NCBI GenBank assembly: GCA_050287085.1 | Contig: JBNKBE010000015.1 | Coordinates: 109,030-173,029 of the forward strand | Reading direction: 5' to 3' | Source: Polyangiaceae bacterium | GTDB taxonomy: Bacteria; Myxococcota_A; Polyangia; Polyangiales; Polyangiaceae | Length of the DNA stretch: 64,000 bases | Shown here: piece by piece, positions 30,825-41,187 of the stretch | How the letters are laid out: each line of letters starts with the position of its first letter | How positions within the stretch are numbered: the first letter of the stretch is position 1 | Position numbers and translations under genes: made by a program | The notes under the pieces: model-generated | The model's database searches: none | What the model saw: the letters and a program-made list of their open reading frames with translations, nothing else | What the model was told of the DNA's origin: nothing

Positions 30825-31781
30825 GTGAAAGAACATGATAACGTTATCGCAGCGCGCCGCAAAGCGTTTTCCTTGGCTGCTCTCGGAGTACTTGGCTTCA
30901 GCGGTACCATTGTCGCAACCAAGTTTGCTCTCGATAGCTACAGTCCCTGGCAGCTGACCTTCTACCGGGCTGCGCTGGCGGGGCTGCTGGCGACGATATA
31001 CCTCCTGGTGCGGCCTCCAAAGGTGTGGCCTGTACGCCGCGAATGGGTGTCGCTGGCGTTCACCGCAGCGGCGATCGTGTTGGGGTTTCCGGCTCTTTCC
31101 AGCTGGGCGCTGCTCAGCGCACCGGCATCTCACGCGGCAGTCATTTTTGCGCTCATCCCCCCTTTCACCGCTGCCTTCGGAGCGCTCCGTGCCCGCGAAC
31201 GCCCGACGACGCGCTTTTGGGTGGCCTCTCTCTTGGGGGCTGCTTGCGTGGCCGCCTTTTCGGTGACCCGTCACGCAGACGTTCCTAGCGCCGTGGAGCT
31301 GCAAGCTCGCCCGGGGCCGCTCGCAGCCGACCTGGTCCTCATAGCGGCGGTCTGCGTGGCCGCCTTCGGCTACGCGGAAGGCGCTCGGGTCGCCCGCCGA
31401 TTGAGCGGCGCGACAGTCATCAGCTTGTGCTTGGTACTCAGTGCTCCAATAGCCTTGGTGATCAGCGCCATGACCCCGGAACCCCTGTTCCACCCCGACC
31501 ACGTCGAGGCAATGCTCGGTCTGCTGTACGTCGGTGCTGTCAGCATGTTCGTCGCTTTCATCGCCTGGTACAGCGGGCTCTCCGGCGCGGGTATTGCACG
31601 AGCCAGTCAGCTTCAGCTTGCACAACCTCTCCTCAGCCTGCTCTGGGCCGCGCTGCTCTTGGACGAAGCGGTTCCGCCTACGGCGTGGCTGACAACGGGC
31701 GCCGTCGTTGCCTGCATCGCAGTTTGCCTGCGGAGCACAGCTGCGTCGCCGGCCGCAGCAAGAGTGCCAGACCCCCGCTAG
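30825..31781 (+). CDS. EamA/DMT-family transporter
   Basis: About ten TM segments, GYAEGARVAR, ARASQLQLAQP; divergent from MocR; GTG start inferred. Confidence 0.88.
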   Translation: MKEHDNVIAARRKAFSLAALGVLGFSGTIVATKFALDSYSPWQLTFYRAALAGLLATIYLLVRPPKVWPVRREWVSLAFTAAAIVLGFPALSSWALLSAPASHAAVIFALIPPFTAAFGALRARERPTTRFWVASLLGAACVAAFSVTRHADVPSAVELQARPGPLAADLVLIAAVCVAAFGYAEGARVARRLSGATVISLCLVLSAPIALVISAMTPEPLFHPDHVEAMLGLLYVGAVSMFVAFIAWYSGLSGAGIARASQLQLAQPLLSLLWAALLLDEAVPPTAWLTTGAVVACIAVCLRSTAASPAAARVPDPR

Positions 31782-31831
31782 CTCGCAGGCGGGGACCCTG
31801 GGCGGCCGAAACGCTGACTGCTCAGGGCCGC

Positions 31832-32809
31832 TCAGTCATGGGCACCATCGATCCGGTAGCGCGCCAGATCTAGATGAAAGTGGTCCAGATGTCGGTTGTC
31901 GAAGTAGGGCGTCAGGACGCTTGAAAAGACGTTTTCTTCGTACGCGCGTCTAGCCAGCTCTCGCAGAAACCGGCTCTCGCGGCTGCGAGGGATCACCCGG
32001 GGAGAAAGGAAGTGTCGCCCGACACTGACGATCCGGCGGTCCTTCAGCTTGAGCGTCGCAATATCGATGGCGTTGGCATAACTATGCTCGCTGATGACCG
32101 TGCCGCCTCGTGCACGGCGGCAGCTGTAGGTTCCCAACTGCCGAATCGTCGCAACCTGGGTACCAAAGTACTTGCTGGCAAGTTCCTGCGCCAATGCCTC
32201 AAAGCGGGCCAGCGCGAAGGCCATCCGACAGGTCACGACTGGCCGCTCGTCGTAACTTATGCCAGCGGAACTTCCCTCGTACACGACGACCTGAGGCGCG
32301 CCGCAAAGGAAATCGTCCCCCTGTTTGCGCGTGAGCGGGAGCAACATGCGCTGAAATCGGATATTCGCAGCCTCTAGCTTCTGAAGACAGTGCTCAACCG
32401 CCGTCGGAGGCGCCACTTCCAGATCATTTCGAGGATCCAGATCTGCGAGCGTCACGCCCGGCTCCCGGACTGCCCCACTTCTAGAGTCGTCAAAGCTTCG
32501 TGGCTTGCTCGCTGCAATCGAGGCACTCGTCCCCGAAGGCCCGAGCGGTGCCCATGCAGGCGCGTGCGGAGCCTCGAAAGCCCCGCGCGAGGCGACCGCA
32601 ACCACAGCGGCGGGGCCCGCTTCGCGTACTCCCAACATGCATCCAGCGAGCGGCAAGACGACCAGAAGCATTCCGGAAAGCCGCCAGCACCACCGCTCTT
32701 GGAGCTGCCCGAGGGCGCCCTGCCGGGGACCGAAGATCGACATCATCAAACCCCTAGACCCTATCGGCCCGAACGGGGCACGTAAATGCGTGGAGGACCG
32801 TTCCACCAC
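31832..32809 (-). CDS. Extensin-like C-terminal domain protein
   Basis: GTYSCR, SEHSYANAIDI, LTPYFDNRHLDHFHLD; start probably downstream. Confidence 0.85.
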   Translation of the reverse strand: MVERSSTHLRAPFGPIGSRGLMMSIFGPRQGALGQLQERWCWRLSGMLLVVLPLAGCMLGVREAGPAAVVAVASRGAFEAPHAPAWAPLGPSGTSASIAASKPRSFDDSRSGAVREPGVTLADLDPRNDLEVAPPTAVEHCLQKLEAANIRFQRMLLPLTRKQGDDFLCGAPQVVVYEGSSAGISYDERPVVTCRMAFALARFEALAQELASKYFGTQVATIRQLGTYSCRRARGGTVISEHSYANAIDIATLKLKDRRIVSVGRHFLSPRVIPRSRESRFLRELARRAYEENVFSSVLTPYFDNRHLDHFHLDLARYRIDGAHD

Positions 32810-32875
32810 GTTTCACCGCGGGGTGGCCAACACTCAAACCGCCAGGCATTGCGGGCGCCACTCGCCCTGACCCAA

Positions 32876-33376
32876 TTAGGGCCGGCGCTGACAACGAATG
32901 AGCTGCTTCGAATCGTCGCGGCAGTCGTACGTCGCGCTCCTGGCGCAGCCAGAGACCCGTACGGCGCCTGCTTTCTCCACCGCCTCGATACCCTCGCGCT
33001 TGCAGCCCACGTCGTTACTGAACTGACGAATCGCTAGCAGGCGACGGGAGCGGCACTTGGCGCCGATGCAACGAAACGTCTCCGTGGCCCCGCAACCCTC
33101 GGTCTGCACGTAATCCACCCCCTCGATTGTGACGGGACTGGAGGTGACGTCCTCGGACGCACAGCCGTGAAACGAAGCGTGTTTCTCCCGCGCCACGCTC
33201 TGCAGCGCGCAGCCTGACGCGCCCAACAAGAGACCCAAGACAACCCAGCGCGACTTAGCGTTGAGCCCTAGCCGCAGAAGACCGCCCCGGGCGCGAAGGC
33301 TTTGACCACGCCGCGACAACAGGTAGCGCGACGACCCATGCGCCGAATCCATACCTTGCGAAACAAGTTGCGTCAT
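32876..33376 (-). CDS. Small Cys-rich lipoprotein
   Basis: ASGC lipobox; two similar modules (GC..EGCG..C / GC..SGCA..C). Confidence 0.55.
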   Translation of the reverse strand: MTQLVSQGMDSAHGSSRYLLSRRGQSLRARGGLLRLGLNAKSRWVVLGLLLGASGCALQSVAREKHASFHGCASEDVTSSPVTIEGVDYVQTEGCGATETFRCIGAKCRSRRLLAIRQFSNDVGCKREGIEAVEKAGAVRVSGCARSATYDCRDDSKQLIRCQRRP

Positions 33377-33788
33377 GCCTCGAGCCTAGCCCAGCGGCGC
33401 GAGATCTCGAACTCCTATTCCCAGGGGTTCACAAGGGCGCCCGAGGGCCCGCGGATGGGAAAGTCGTACTACGCCGGTCGAGACTGACGTTCCCATCCGC
33501 GAGCCTCTACGCGGAGGTCGGCGAGGGCGCCGCAACAAGCTTCGCGAGCGAGAGCAACAAACGTCGCACCCTGGCGGACCGTCTCCCCGCAAGAACACAC
33601 GTTGTCGCGGACGTTTCATGCGGGCAACGACGAAGGCCCGCGCGACGTAGCGTCGCTGCACCGGACCAACGGCGTTTCCAACAACAGCGAAGCGCCCTCG
33701 AGAAACTTTGCCCACCGCGACCACCGCGTTCAAGGTCCCGTCAACGATTTTTCGCCGTTTTCCGTATTCGTTCCCAATAGGAGTCATC

Positions 33789-34487
33789 ATGAACGCTCAC
33801 TCACTGCGCCTAGTTTCAAAAGGCATTCCACTCTCTGCTCCTCAGGTGGCCTCACCCCAGTCGAATAGTGACAACAAGAAGGCCGTACCCCGACGCGATG
33901 AGTCAGACGACAAGCTCGACTCGAGAAAAGGCGGAACTGCCAAACGAAATCCGACCTCAGACAGCGAAGCGCCAAAGAAGCCGCGCGGCCGCGCCGCAAG
34001 CGTCCACTCGAAGCGAAGCGCCGTAGTAGCAGACCTCATGACGCAGAAAGTGGTCACGTGCCGAGTTGATGACTCGCTAAACACGGCGGCACAGCTGATG
34101 TGGGAGCACAATCTGGGTGCGCTTGTCGTGGTCGACAACGCCGGAGTCCCCGTTAGCATGCTGACCGATCGGGATATCTGTTTTGCAGCCTACACTCAAG
34201 GCGTACCGCTATGGCAAAGCGGCGTGGTCAGCGCGATGGCTCGACGGCTCACAACCTGCCGCAGCCACGACACAATCGAAGAGATTCGCAAGCGGATGTG
34301 TGACGCGCGGCTCCGACGTATACCCGTGGTGGACGACGACGGAGCCCTGGTCGGCATCATCTCCGTCGGTGATCTAGCGCGAGAACTGACTGCGCCCGTC
34401 AGTCGAAGCTTCAAGCGAGCAAGCAGCGCCCAGGAGCTGGCCACGGTGGTAAGAGCCATCCATACCGCCGAAGCGAAGACGCCCTAG
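33789..34487 (+). CDS. CBS-domain pair protein
   Basis: VADLMT, MLTDRDI, LRRIPVVD..LVGIISVGDL. Confidence 0.85.
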   Translation: MNAHSLRLVSKGIPLSAPQVASPQSNSDNKKAVPRRDESDDKLDSRKGGTAKRNPTSDSEAPKKPRGRAASVHSKRSAVVADLMTQKVVTCRVDDSLNTAAQLMWEHNLGALVVVDNAGVPVSMLTDRDICFAAYTQGVPLWQSGVVSAMARRLTTCRSHDTIEEIRKRMCDARLRRIPVVDDDGALVGIISVGDLARELTAPVSRSFKRASSAQELATVVRAIHTAEAKTP

Positions 34488-34619
34488 CCAACGCTGCTTT
34501 CGAACGCCTCGCTTCCGGGGTCCGCATGCCGGACTGGAGCGCGCCCGTGCCGGCGCTCGGCTCCCCCATGAGAGTCTGCTCACTTTCTTTCCCCGTTCCG
34601 ATCGGGCAGACTGCGCTGC

Positions 34620-35249
34620 ATGCAGCTCCGACTCTATGGTTCACTCACGTCGCCCTATGTCCGCCGCATACGCATCTATCTGCACGAGCGGAGTCTCGCC
34701 TATGACTGGGTCGATGCGACAACCGACGACGGGCAGGCGCAACTCCGAGCGCTGACCCCCCTCTGGAAGATCCCAGCGCTCGAACTCGATGGTACTCCGG
34801 TCTGGGATTCGGGCGTCATTCTACAAACGCTTGAAGACGCGCTGGGACCAGGACCCCTCGGCAAGCTACCAACCGCGCCTTCAGAGCGCAACCTGTTGAC
34901 TGCCATCGACGGCGCGACGGACGCGCTCATCAACACGATGTACCTGGAGCGCGATGGAGTCAGCAGCACGGATATCCCCTATCTGATGAAGCAGAAGGCG
35001 CGCGCCAAAGCCGCACTCGAGTGGCTGAGCGCAGGTCTAGCGACCCGCTCCAACGCCGCTTTCGGTTGGCCGGAGCTGCACGCCTGCACGGCGCTGGAAT
35101 GGATGCTCTTCCGAGGCGCGTTTCCGGTAGAAAACCATGTCGACCTCCTGCGCTGTGTTCAGCGTCACGCCGCTCGGGCGAGCCTGATCGACACACGGCC
35201 TCCTGGACTGGAGCTGCAAAGCCTCGGGCTCACTGCCGTAGACTCTTGA
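34620..35249 (+). CDS. Glutathione S-transferase family protein
   Basis: SLTSPYVRRIR, PLWKIPAL, WDSGVI. Confidence 0.85.
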   Translation: MQLRLYGSLTSPYVRRIRIYLHERSLAYDWVDATTDDGQAQLRALTPLWKIPALELDGTPVWDSGVILQTLEDALGPGPLGKLPTAPSERNLLTAIDGATDALINTMYLERDGVSSTDIPYLMKQKARAKAALEWLSAGLATRSNAAFGWPELHACTALEWMLFRGAFPVENHVDLLRCVQRHAARASLIDTRPPGLELQSLGLTAVDS

Positions 35250-36280
35250 TGCGTCGAATCACCATCACACGCCCAGGTGGGCACGAGCAGCTCCAGCTCG
35301 AACATACGAGCGACCCAACCCCCGGGCCCGAGGACGTGGTCATCGACACCCGGGCCATAGGTGTCAACTACGCAGATTGCGCCGTGCGTATGGGCCTCTA
35401 CGCTTCCGCGGAAAAGTACGTGGGGTGGCCTATCACCCCCGGCTTCGAGTTTGCCGGCCGCGTTCGGGAAACGGGGACCCACGTAAGCGACCTAGAGCCG
35501 GGGCAGGCCGTCTTCGGTCTGAGCCGCTTTGGTGCCTATGCGAGCTGCGTCTGTGTGCCGAGGCGGCAAGTATTCCCCCTGCCCCCCTCCTTGAACCAGC
35601 TCGAAGGAGGTACGTTCCTTGTCGCCTTCTTGACAGCCTGGTACGCGCTCTTCGAGTGCGGAGCGCTCGCGCCAGGCAAGAAGGTGTTGGTTCATTCCGC
35701 AGCCGGCGGCGTGGGCGGCGCGGCGCTCCAACTGGCAAGGGCTGCCGGGGCCTACGTGATCGGCGTAGTCGGGGCGCCCCACAAGCTGGAGACAGCGCGC
35801 GCGCTGGGCGCGGACGTCGTCATAGACAAGAGCCGCTCCAAGTTGTGGCAGCAGGTCGCCCTAGCAGCGCCGGAAGGACTCGACATAGTCCTGGATCCAA
35901 ACGGCATCGAAACGCTGCAGGCAAGCTACAACCACCTACGCCCCACGGGTCGCCTGATTGTATATGGCTTTCACACCATGCTCCGCCGGGGGGCTGCGCG
36001 AGCCAATTGGCCACAACTTGCTCTAAACTACCTGCGCACGCCCCGCTTCAACCCGCTGAGAATGACCAACGACAACAAGAGCGTTTTGGCGTTCAATCTC
36101 TCGTACTTATTCGACGAACAATCTGCGCTCGAACGCGGGGTTGCATACTTGTCGGAGCAGCTCGAGGAAGGCTGCATTCGGCCTCTGCCCGTTGCTTCCC
36201 TGCCTCTGGCTGACGTCGCGAGCGCTCATCGGACCCTCGAATCTGGAGCGTCGACGGGCAAGCTTGCGCTTATACCCTAG
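35249..36280 (+). CDS. Medium-chain dehydrogenase/quinone oxidoreductase (VAT-1-like)
   Basis: GVNYAD, PGFEFAG, VLVHSAAGGVG, TGKL; overlaps GST stop. Confidence 0.9.
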   Translation: MRRITITRPGGHEQLQLEHTSDPTPGPEDVVIDTRAIGVNYADCAVRMGLYASAEKYVGWPITPGFEFAGRVRETGTHVSDLEPGQAVFGLSRFGAYASCVCVPRRQVFPLPPSLNQLEGGTFLVAFLTAWYALFECGALAPGKKVLVHSAAGGVGGAALQLARAAGAYVIGVVGAPHKLETARALGADVVIDKSRSKLWQQVALAAPEGLDIVLDPNGIETLQASYNHLRPTGRLIVYGFHTMLRRGAARANWPQLALNYLRTPRFNPLRMTNDNKSVLAFNLSYLFDEQSALERGVAYLSEQLEEGCIRPLPVASLPLADVASAHRTLESGASTGKLALIP

Positions 36281-36337
36281 CCCCCACCCCATCCCATCGC
36301 ACGCTTTCGCTGGGCCCCACCCAAGACAGTTCACCCC

Positions 36338-37474
36338 ATGTACCTACTCCTCACCGGTGCAAAGAAGAATTCCGGCGATTTTCTCATCACCGAGCGCGCC
36401 ACAGAATTGATTCGCCACTTTCATCCAGGCGAAGAACTCATCACCGCCCCGTCGTGGCAGCCCCTAGATATCGATCTAGCCAATGAAGCACGCGCCGTGA
36501 TCATCCTCGGTGGCCCCGGATACCAGCCCGATCTGTACCCGAAGGTCTACCCGCTCTGCTCGCCATTGAAACGCCTGCGCACGCCACTCGTCATGCTGGG
36601 CATGGGCTGGAAAGGGATCCCTGGGGATTCCGCAACGGTCGAGAGCTACCGCTTCTCCGACTCGGCGCGGCAAGCGCTCGACTTTGCGAGCCATACCTCC
36701 AGTTGGCTAGGGTGCCGTGACCCGCAAAGCGTGAAGGTGTTGGAGCGTCACGGCTACCACAACTCGCTTCTTACCGGATGCCCCGTCTGGTATCACCTAC
36801 CGTCTCTGGGTCAGTCGATGCGCCTCCCCGAACGAGTGTCGCGCCTGGTGGTAACTCCTGCCCAGCACCCAACGTATCGCGAACAATCGGTCGGGTTGCT
36901 CAAGCTGCTGGTCGACTTGTTTCCGGACGCTCTGCGCCTGTGCTCGTTTCACCGCGGTATTGATGAAGCCAGCGTCTGGACAACCGCCAACGAACGCCAG
37001 CATCATCGCTCAATCGCCGACGCCGCCACGGAATTGGGATACGAGGTGCGCAATGTCAGCGGGGACGCCAGCAGAACCAGCATCTACGAGCAGTATGAGC
37101 TGCATGTTGGCTACCGAGTCCATGCGCACCTGCAGTTCCTGAGCGAACGACGGTTGAGTCTGTTGTTGCATGAAGACGGCCGCGGCCGCGGAGCTTCGGA
37201 CGCTCTTGAGCTACGCGGCGTGGACGCCTTCCAGCGCTCGCGACCGGGCACGGTGCGGCAGTGGCTTCCGAGCCACGGGGCGCTCAGTCCCGCGCGAGGG
37301 TGGATGGCGCGTCTCGGTCCCGACTACGTTGCGTGCCCCGCGGCTCTCTCACACGTACGCGACCTGCTACAGCTCGATCGCAAGACAGGCTTCGCACGCT
37401 ACGCTGGCGTTGCAGCGCGCATCGACCGCCATTTTGGCGTCATGAAGCAGTTCATGAACGCTATCCCCTCCTGA
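36338..37474 (+). CDS. Polysaccharide pyruvyl transferase family protein
   Basis: NSGDFLI, GGPG, GCRD, TGCP, HVGYRVHAH, EDGRG. Confidence 0.8.
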   Translation: MYLLLTGAKKNSGDFLITERATELIRHFHPGEELITAPSWQPLDIDLANEARAVIILGGPGYQPDLYPKVYPLCSPLKRLRTPLVMLGMGWKGIPGDSATVESYRFSDSARQALDFASHTSSWLGCRDPQSVKVLERHGYHNSLLTGCPVWYHLPSLGQSMRLPERVSRLVVTPAQHPTYREQSVGLLKLLVDLFPDALRLCSFHRGIDEASVWTTANERQHHRSIADAATELGYEVRNVSGDASRTSIYEQYELHVGYRVHAHLQFLSERRLSLLLHEDGRGRGASDALELRGVDAFQRSRPGTVRQWLPSHGALSPARGWMARLGPDYVACPAALSHVRDLLQLDRKTGFARYAGVAARIDRHFGVMKQFMNAIPS

Positions 37475-37524
37475 GTTCATGGCGCTGGGCTCGTCTGGTT
37501 GCGCATTTCTGCTAGCGTTCATGG

Positions 37525-38058
37525 GTGGCTACGGTCGATGAAATCCACACGCGCTGGCTCGCGCTTCCCGCAAGTCCCACACGCTGCGGGAGCGTCGTCG
37601 GAATCACGCGGCGGCTGGGCGCGGAGCGCCACGAGGCATTGCAACGCGCCGAGGTGTCCGCGCAGCTCGGCCTGGAAGGTGACCGTTGGTTGCAGGGCCC
37701 AAGACAGCGCAGTCGGCAAGTCTCGCTGGTATCGGTGCGAACCCTGGCAGCACTAACCCCGATTTCCCCCGCTTGGATACGCTGTGGCGACAACTTGCTC
37801 GTCGACTACTCACTGCTTGAAGAAGGTCTTCCAACTGGTGCGGAGCTGCTCATTGGCGGACTGCATCTCCGGGTCAGCGAAACGCCCCATCTAGGATGCA
37901 ACCGCTTTGCACATCGCTTTGGCGAGGCTGCACGCACATGGGTCAATGCGGCAGCCTACCGCCACCTACGATTGCGGGGTATCTACTGCGAAGTCCTACA
38001 AGGAGGCCTTGTCCAAACGGGAATGCCCGTGCGACGACTGGGTGCCCTCGGGCCCTAG
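37525..38058 (+). CDS. MOSC-domain protein
   Basis: GLEGDRW, GDNL, PHLGC..F..RFG, RLRGIY. Confidence 0.8.
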   Translation: MATVDEIHTRWLALPASPTRCGSVVGITRRLGAERHEALQRAEVSAQLGLEGDRWLQGPRQRSRQVSLVSVRTLAALTPISPAWIRCGDNLLVDYSLLEEGLPTGAELLIGGLHLRVSETPHLGCNRFAHRFGEAARTWVNAAAYRHLRLRGIYCEVLQGGLVQTGMPVRRLGALGP

Positions 38059-38330
38059 GATCGGTGAGCTAGCAACTACAGAAAGAGCCGATCACCGGTA
38101 CGCAAGCGCAGGGGCCCCGGGCGGCCTCATCCCTTGGCGTCGATACGACGCTGCTGCGTTTCCAGGATCGGTCCTCAGCGTCGGTTTTTTTCGCCCTAAT
38201 GCTTCAAGAGCGACCGTCACATGCCGCATTGAATGCTGAGCGGGGGCGTCGGATACGATTCGCGGCTCCAAGCTCGCCGTTCGCCGGCGCGCCGCGCGCC
38301 AGTTGCGCGGCGCGCAGGCACGAGGTTGGG

Positions 38331-39584
38331 ATGAAGCCAGAAGAACTCTCACTCGACAGCCCTTTCGCCATCAGCGACCTGCTCTTCGGCCTGTCGTCCC
38401 TACGTGATAGCGAAGGGCGCCCGGTAGGCGAAAGGCGCGCTCCGAGCGACGCCAAGGCGGGTGTGGAGATGGTGCTCAAGCCCTGCCCCTATCACGACTC
38501 CCGCAAGGGTGAAGCGATGAACGTCTCGGCGCTGGCGCAGATCACACGTCACCTTGGCTCGGTCCTCGATGACATTGCGGCCTTTCGCCAAGCTCAGCCA
38601 GCCCCGGCATCCAACTGGCGCGCAGCATTCGGCGCCGTCATCGACCAACTCTTCGCCCCGGGACGAGACGCCCTCGACAGTCTGCGGGTGGAGGGCCACG
38701 TCCGGCCGACGCCGGCCCCGCTTGCAGTCGGTCACAAGCTCGCGGCTGGCTACTTCGGCGTGGTATCCGCCCTCCTGAAGGACGAGCTGAGCGGCCAATC
38801 TCACCCATTTTCCGTCGACCACTTCCTGGAATATGTGACTGCGACACGCGCTTTGCATGGTGCCAGCGAGGTATGTGGCGGCCCCCCCAACATGATTGAA
38901 CGCGCAACGGTAACGTTGCTCACACCAGACTCGTCGAACCACTGCGCCGCGGACTATGCCGACCGCATCGCGGTTGCGGACTTGCTCGCGGAACAGATCA
39001 TCTGCGGTTTGGAATACCAGCTACTCGACCACACTCTCGAATACCGCCTTTTCGAGTTGCTGGGCAGCGAAGTGCACTGTCGCAATCACTTCATCGCTGA
39101 ACAATACCAATGCCGTCAGCGAGAACTTGAACACGCTCGTAGTCTCGGTCAGCGCCCCGCGCTTCCCGCTGCGGGGCGTCGGAAAGACGCGCTGGAATCA
39201 CCGTCTCTGGAGCATCTCCCCAATATGCTCGAACCGCTGCTATCGGATGGTCGAGGCGTGTTGCTCGTCAGCAGCGAGCGTGCACCTGGTGTTGTTCATA
39301 TTGCACGCACACTATTAATCGGCTACCAGCGAGCTGTTCTCGCTCAAGAGGCCTTGGAAGCGGACCTGAGAGCCAGGCTGGGGCTGCCGACCACTACTGG
39401 CCGTCCATGCAATAGCTTGCTCTTACCCCATGGCCGAACTCAGCGCTGGCTAGAAGCATTGGCGGGAGCATCCCTGCGGACCGGGCCTGCGCTCGAGTTG
39501 ACGCTCAATCGCATCCAGCAGCCAAGCGTTGTGCTCACCCCGGACCTCTGCGATGACGTCCCCGAGCCAGCCGTCGCGAGCTGA
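38331..39584 (+). CDS. Hypothetical protein
   Basis: Long ORF with globular composition; ATG after GAGG; no family recognised. Confidence 0.6.
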   Translation: MKPEELSLDSPFAISDLLFGLSSLRDSEGRPVGERRAPSDAKAGVEMVLKPCPYHDSRKGEAMNVSALAQITRHLGSVLDDIAAFRQAQPAPASNWRAAFGAVIDQLFAPGRDALDSLRVEGHVRPTPAPLAVGHKLAAGYFGVVSALLKDELSGQSHPFSVDHFLEYVTATRALHGASEVCGGPPNMIERATVTLLTPDSSNHCAADYADRIAVADLLAEQIICGLEYQLLDHTLEYRLFELLGSEVHCRNHFIAEQYQCRQRELEHARSLGQRPALPAAGRRKDALESPSLEHLPNMLEPLLSDGRGVLLVSSERAPGVVHIARTLLIGYQRAVLAQEALEADLRARLGLPTTTGRPCNSLLLPHGRTQRWLEALAGASLRTGPALELTLNRIQQPSVVLTPDLCDDVPEPAVAS

Positions 39585-39645
39585 CGCGACCCCTTCGCCG
39601 CGTCCAAGTGACCACCTCAGTATGGGCAGGTCCCCCGCGGCCGGC

Positions 39646-40068
39646 TCACGCCTCCATCAGCCACGACTGCATCATGGCCGCTGATGCCAGGCCAGCTTGT
39701 TGCCGCACGATCTGCCCCTGGTTGATGACGAGAAAGTTGGGGATACCGCGCACGCCAAACTCCGCGGCGAGCCCCGGGTATTTCTCCGTATCAACCTTGA
39801 GCACCAAGGCCCGACCGCTCATGTTGGCGGCGACCTTCTCGAGCTCGGGGGCCGCCCGCTGGCAGGGCCCACACCAGGCCGCCCAGAAGTCGACCAGCAC
39901 CGGAACTCGAGCGCTCGCGCGAATCGCTTGAAATGTAGCTGGATCGACAGCAAGCGGTCGGTCCACGGGGGCGAGCTCGTGTTTGCAGCGACCACATTTG
40001 CCACGGTCGGCAAGGTGTTCAGGCGCCACTCGATTCTTTTGCTGACAACTTGGACACGTACGGATCAT
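39646..40068 (-). CDS. trxC: Thioredoxin 2 (zinc-finger thioredoxin)
   Basis: CPSC..NRV..CGRC N-terminus plus DFWAAWCGPC. Confidence 0.9.
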   Translation of the reverse strand: MIRTCPSCQQKNRVAPEHLADRGKCGRCKHELAPVDRPLAVDPATFQAIRASARVPVLVDFWAAWCGPCQRAAPELEKVAANMSGRALVLKVDTEKYPGLAAEFGVRGIPNFLVINQGQIVRQQAGLASAAMMQSWLMEA

Positions 40069-40199
40069 GACAGCTCCTGGCGAACAAGGCGCAGACCAGA
40101 CCTGACCGGGGGCTAGTGGCCTTGCCCACAGCAACCTGCGAATGCCAACGCGACCTGGCAAGGCCCAACACTGAAATGAGGAAACGCGGCCCCAAAGCG

Positions 40200-40655
40200 C
40201 TACGCGACGCGGGGCCCCCGCCCGAGTCGCAGCAGACGCACAACAGCCTTTCGCTTGCCGCGCAGCAGATCTTCCAGCGTGTGCTCGTCCAACGCGGCGA
40301 TGAAGCGTCCTGTGGCGTCGTCTAGCACGTCTTTCAGTGTACAAATCGGCTCAACAGCACACCCCTCGTGGTGTGGCTTGAGGCAGGCGACAACACCGAG
40401 CTCGGGCTCGACTTGCCGGACGATCTGACCGATGCGGATCTGCGCCGGCTCCGCGCGCAGCCGAACCCCGCCGCTCTTACCGCGCACCGTTTCGACCAGC
40501 TCGAGCGCCGCAAGGGTCTGAACCACTTTGAGCAAATGGTTGGAAGAGATCCCATACGCCTCACTGATCTCAGCCACTGTGAGCTTCTCGGGAGCGACAG
40601 AGCCGAGCGCCAACAAGGTGCGCAACGCGTAGTCCGTATGTTGAGTGAGCTGCAT
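40200..40655 (-). CDS. Rrf2-family regulator (NsrR-like)
   Basis: MQLTQHTDYALR, SNHLLKVV, RGKSGG, three Cys in C-terminal half. Confidence 0.88.
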   Translation of the reverse strand: MQLTQHTDYALRTLLALGSVAPEKLTVAEISEAYGISSNHLLKVVQTLAALELVETVRGKSGGVRLRAEPAQIRIGQIVRQVEPELGVVACLKPHHEGCAVEPICTLKDVLDDATGRFIAALDEHTLEDLLRGKRKAVVRLLRLGRGPRVA

Positions 40656-41053
40656 GAGGGCTCGGCGCCCAAACGCCTGTACCAAGCTGTAGCGACTGCA
40701 ACGGCTCTCCGCAACCACCACGCTCAGGAGCGAGCGTATGGGCGGGCACGGCGATCGCCCTTGCGCCCGCAATTGCGGACAAAATATGTCATTGATACGA
40801 ATACTTAAGCGTATCGCCCCAGGTCGCAAGGGTCCGACCGGAGGACAGATACGTCTGGGGCCAGAGCTCGGCCGAACGGCGCCCAACTCGACGACAACAC
40901 CCGTCGCTGCGGCTGCAAGTGCCCCCACGGCAACGCAGAGCCACGGCCCCGAACCGCGAAGGACCACGAGCACGACACGTCTCCCGCCAACGCGCCGCTC
41001 GTCAGCGGGCAGACCCCTGGTCCGGTCTTGCCCCGGAAGCGGCGGAATGCTTG

Positions 41054-41138
41054 CGGAGAGGGCGGGATTCGAACCCGCGGTAGGTTGCCCTACGCCCGCT
41101 TAGCAAGCGGGTACCATCGGCCACTCGGTCACCTCTCC
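41054..41138 (-). tRNA. tRNA-Ser(GCU)
   Basis: GGAGAGG acceptor stem, anticodon loop TTGCTAA, long variable arm, GGTTCGAATCC; CCA not encoded. Confidence 0.95.
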
Positions 41139-41187
41139 AGGTTTTGGGAACGTGGAAACTACTTAGCCCACGACAATCGTCAAGGGG

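Noticed and set aside
40783..40806. NsrR box upstream of the Rrf2 gene
   Set aside because: AT-rich and weakly palindromic, but spacing and match to the consensus are poor
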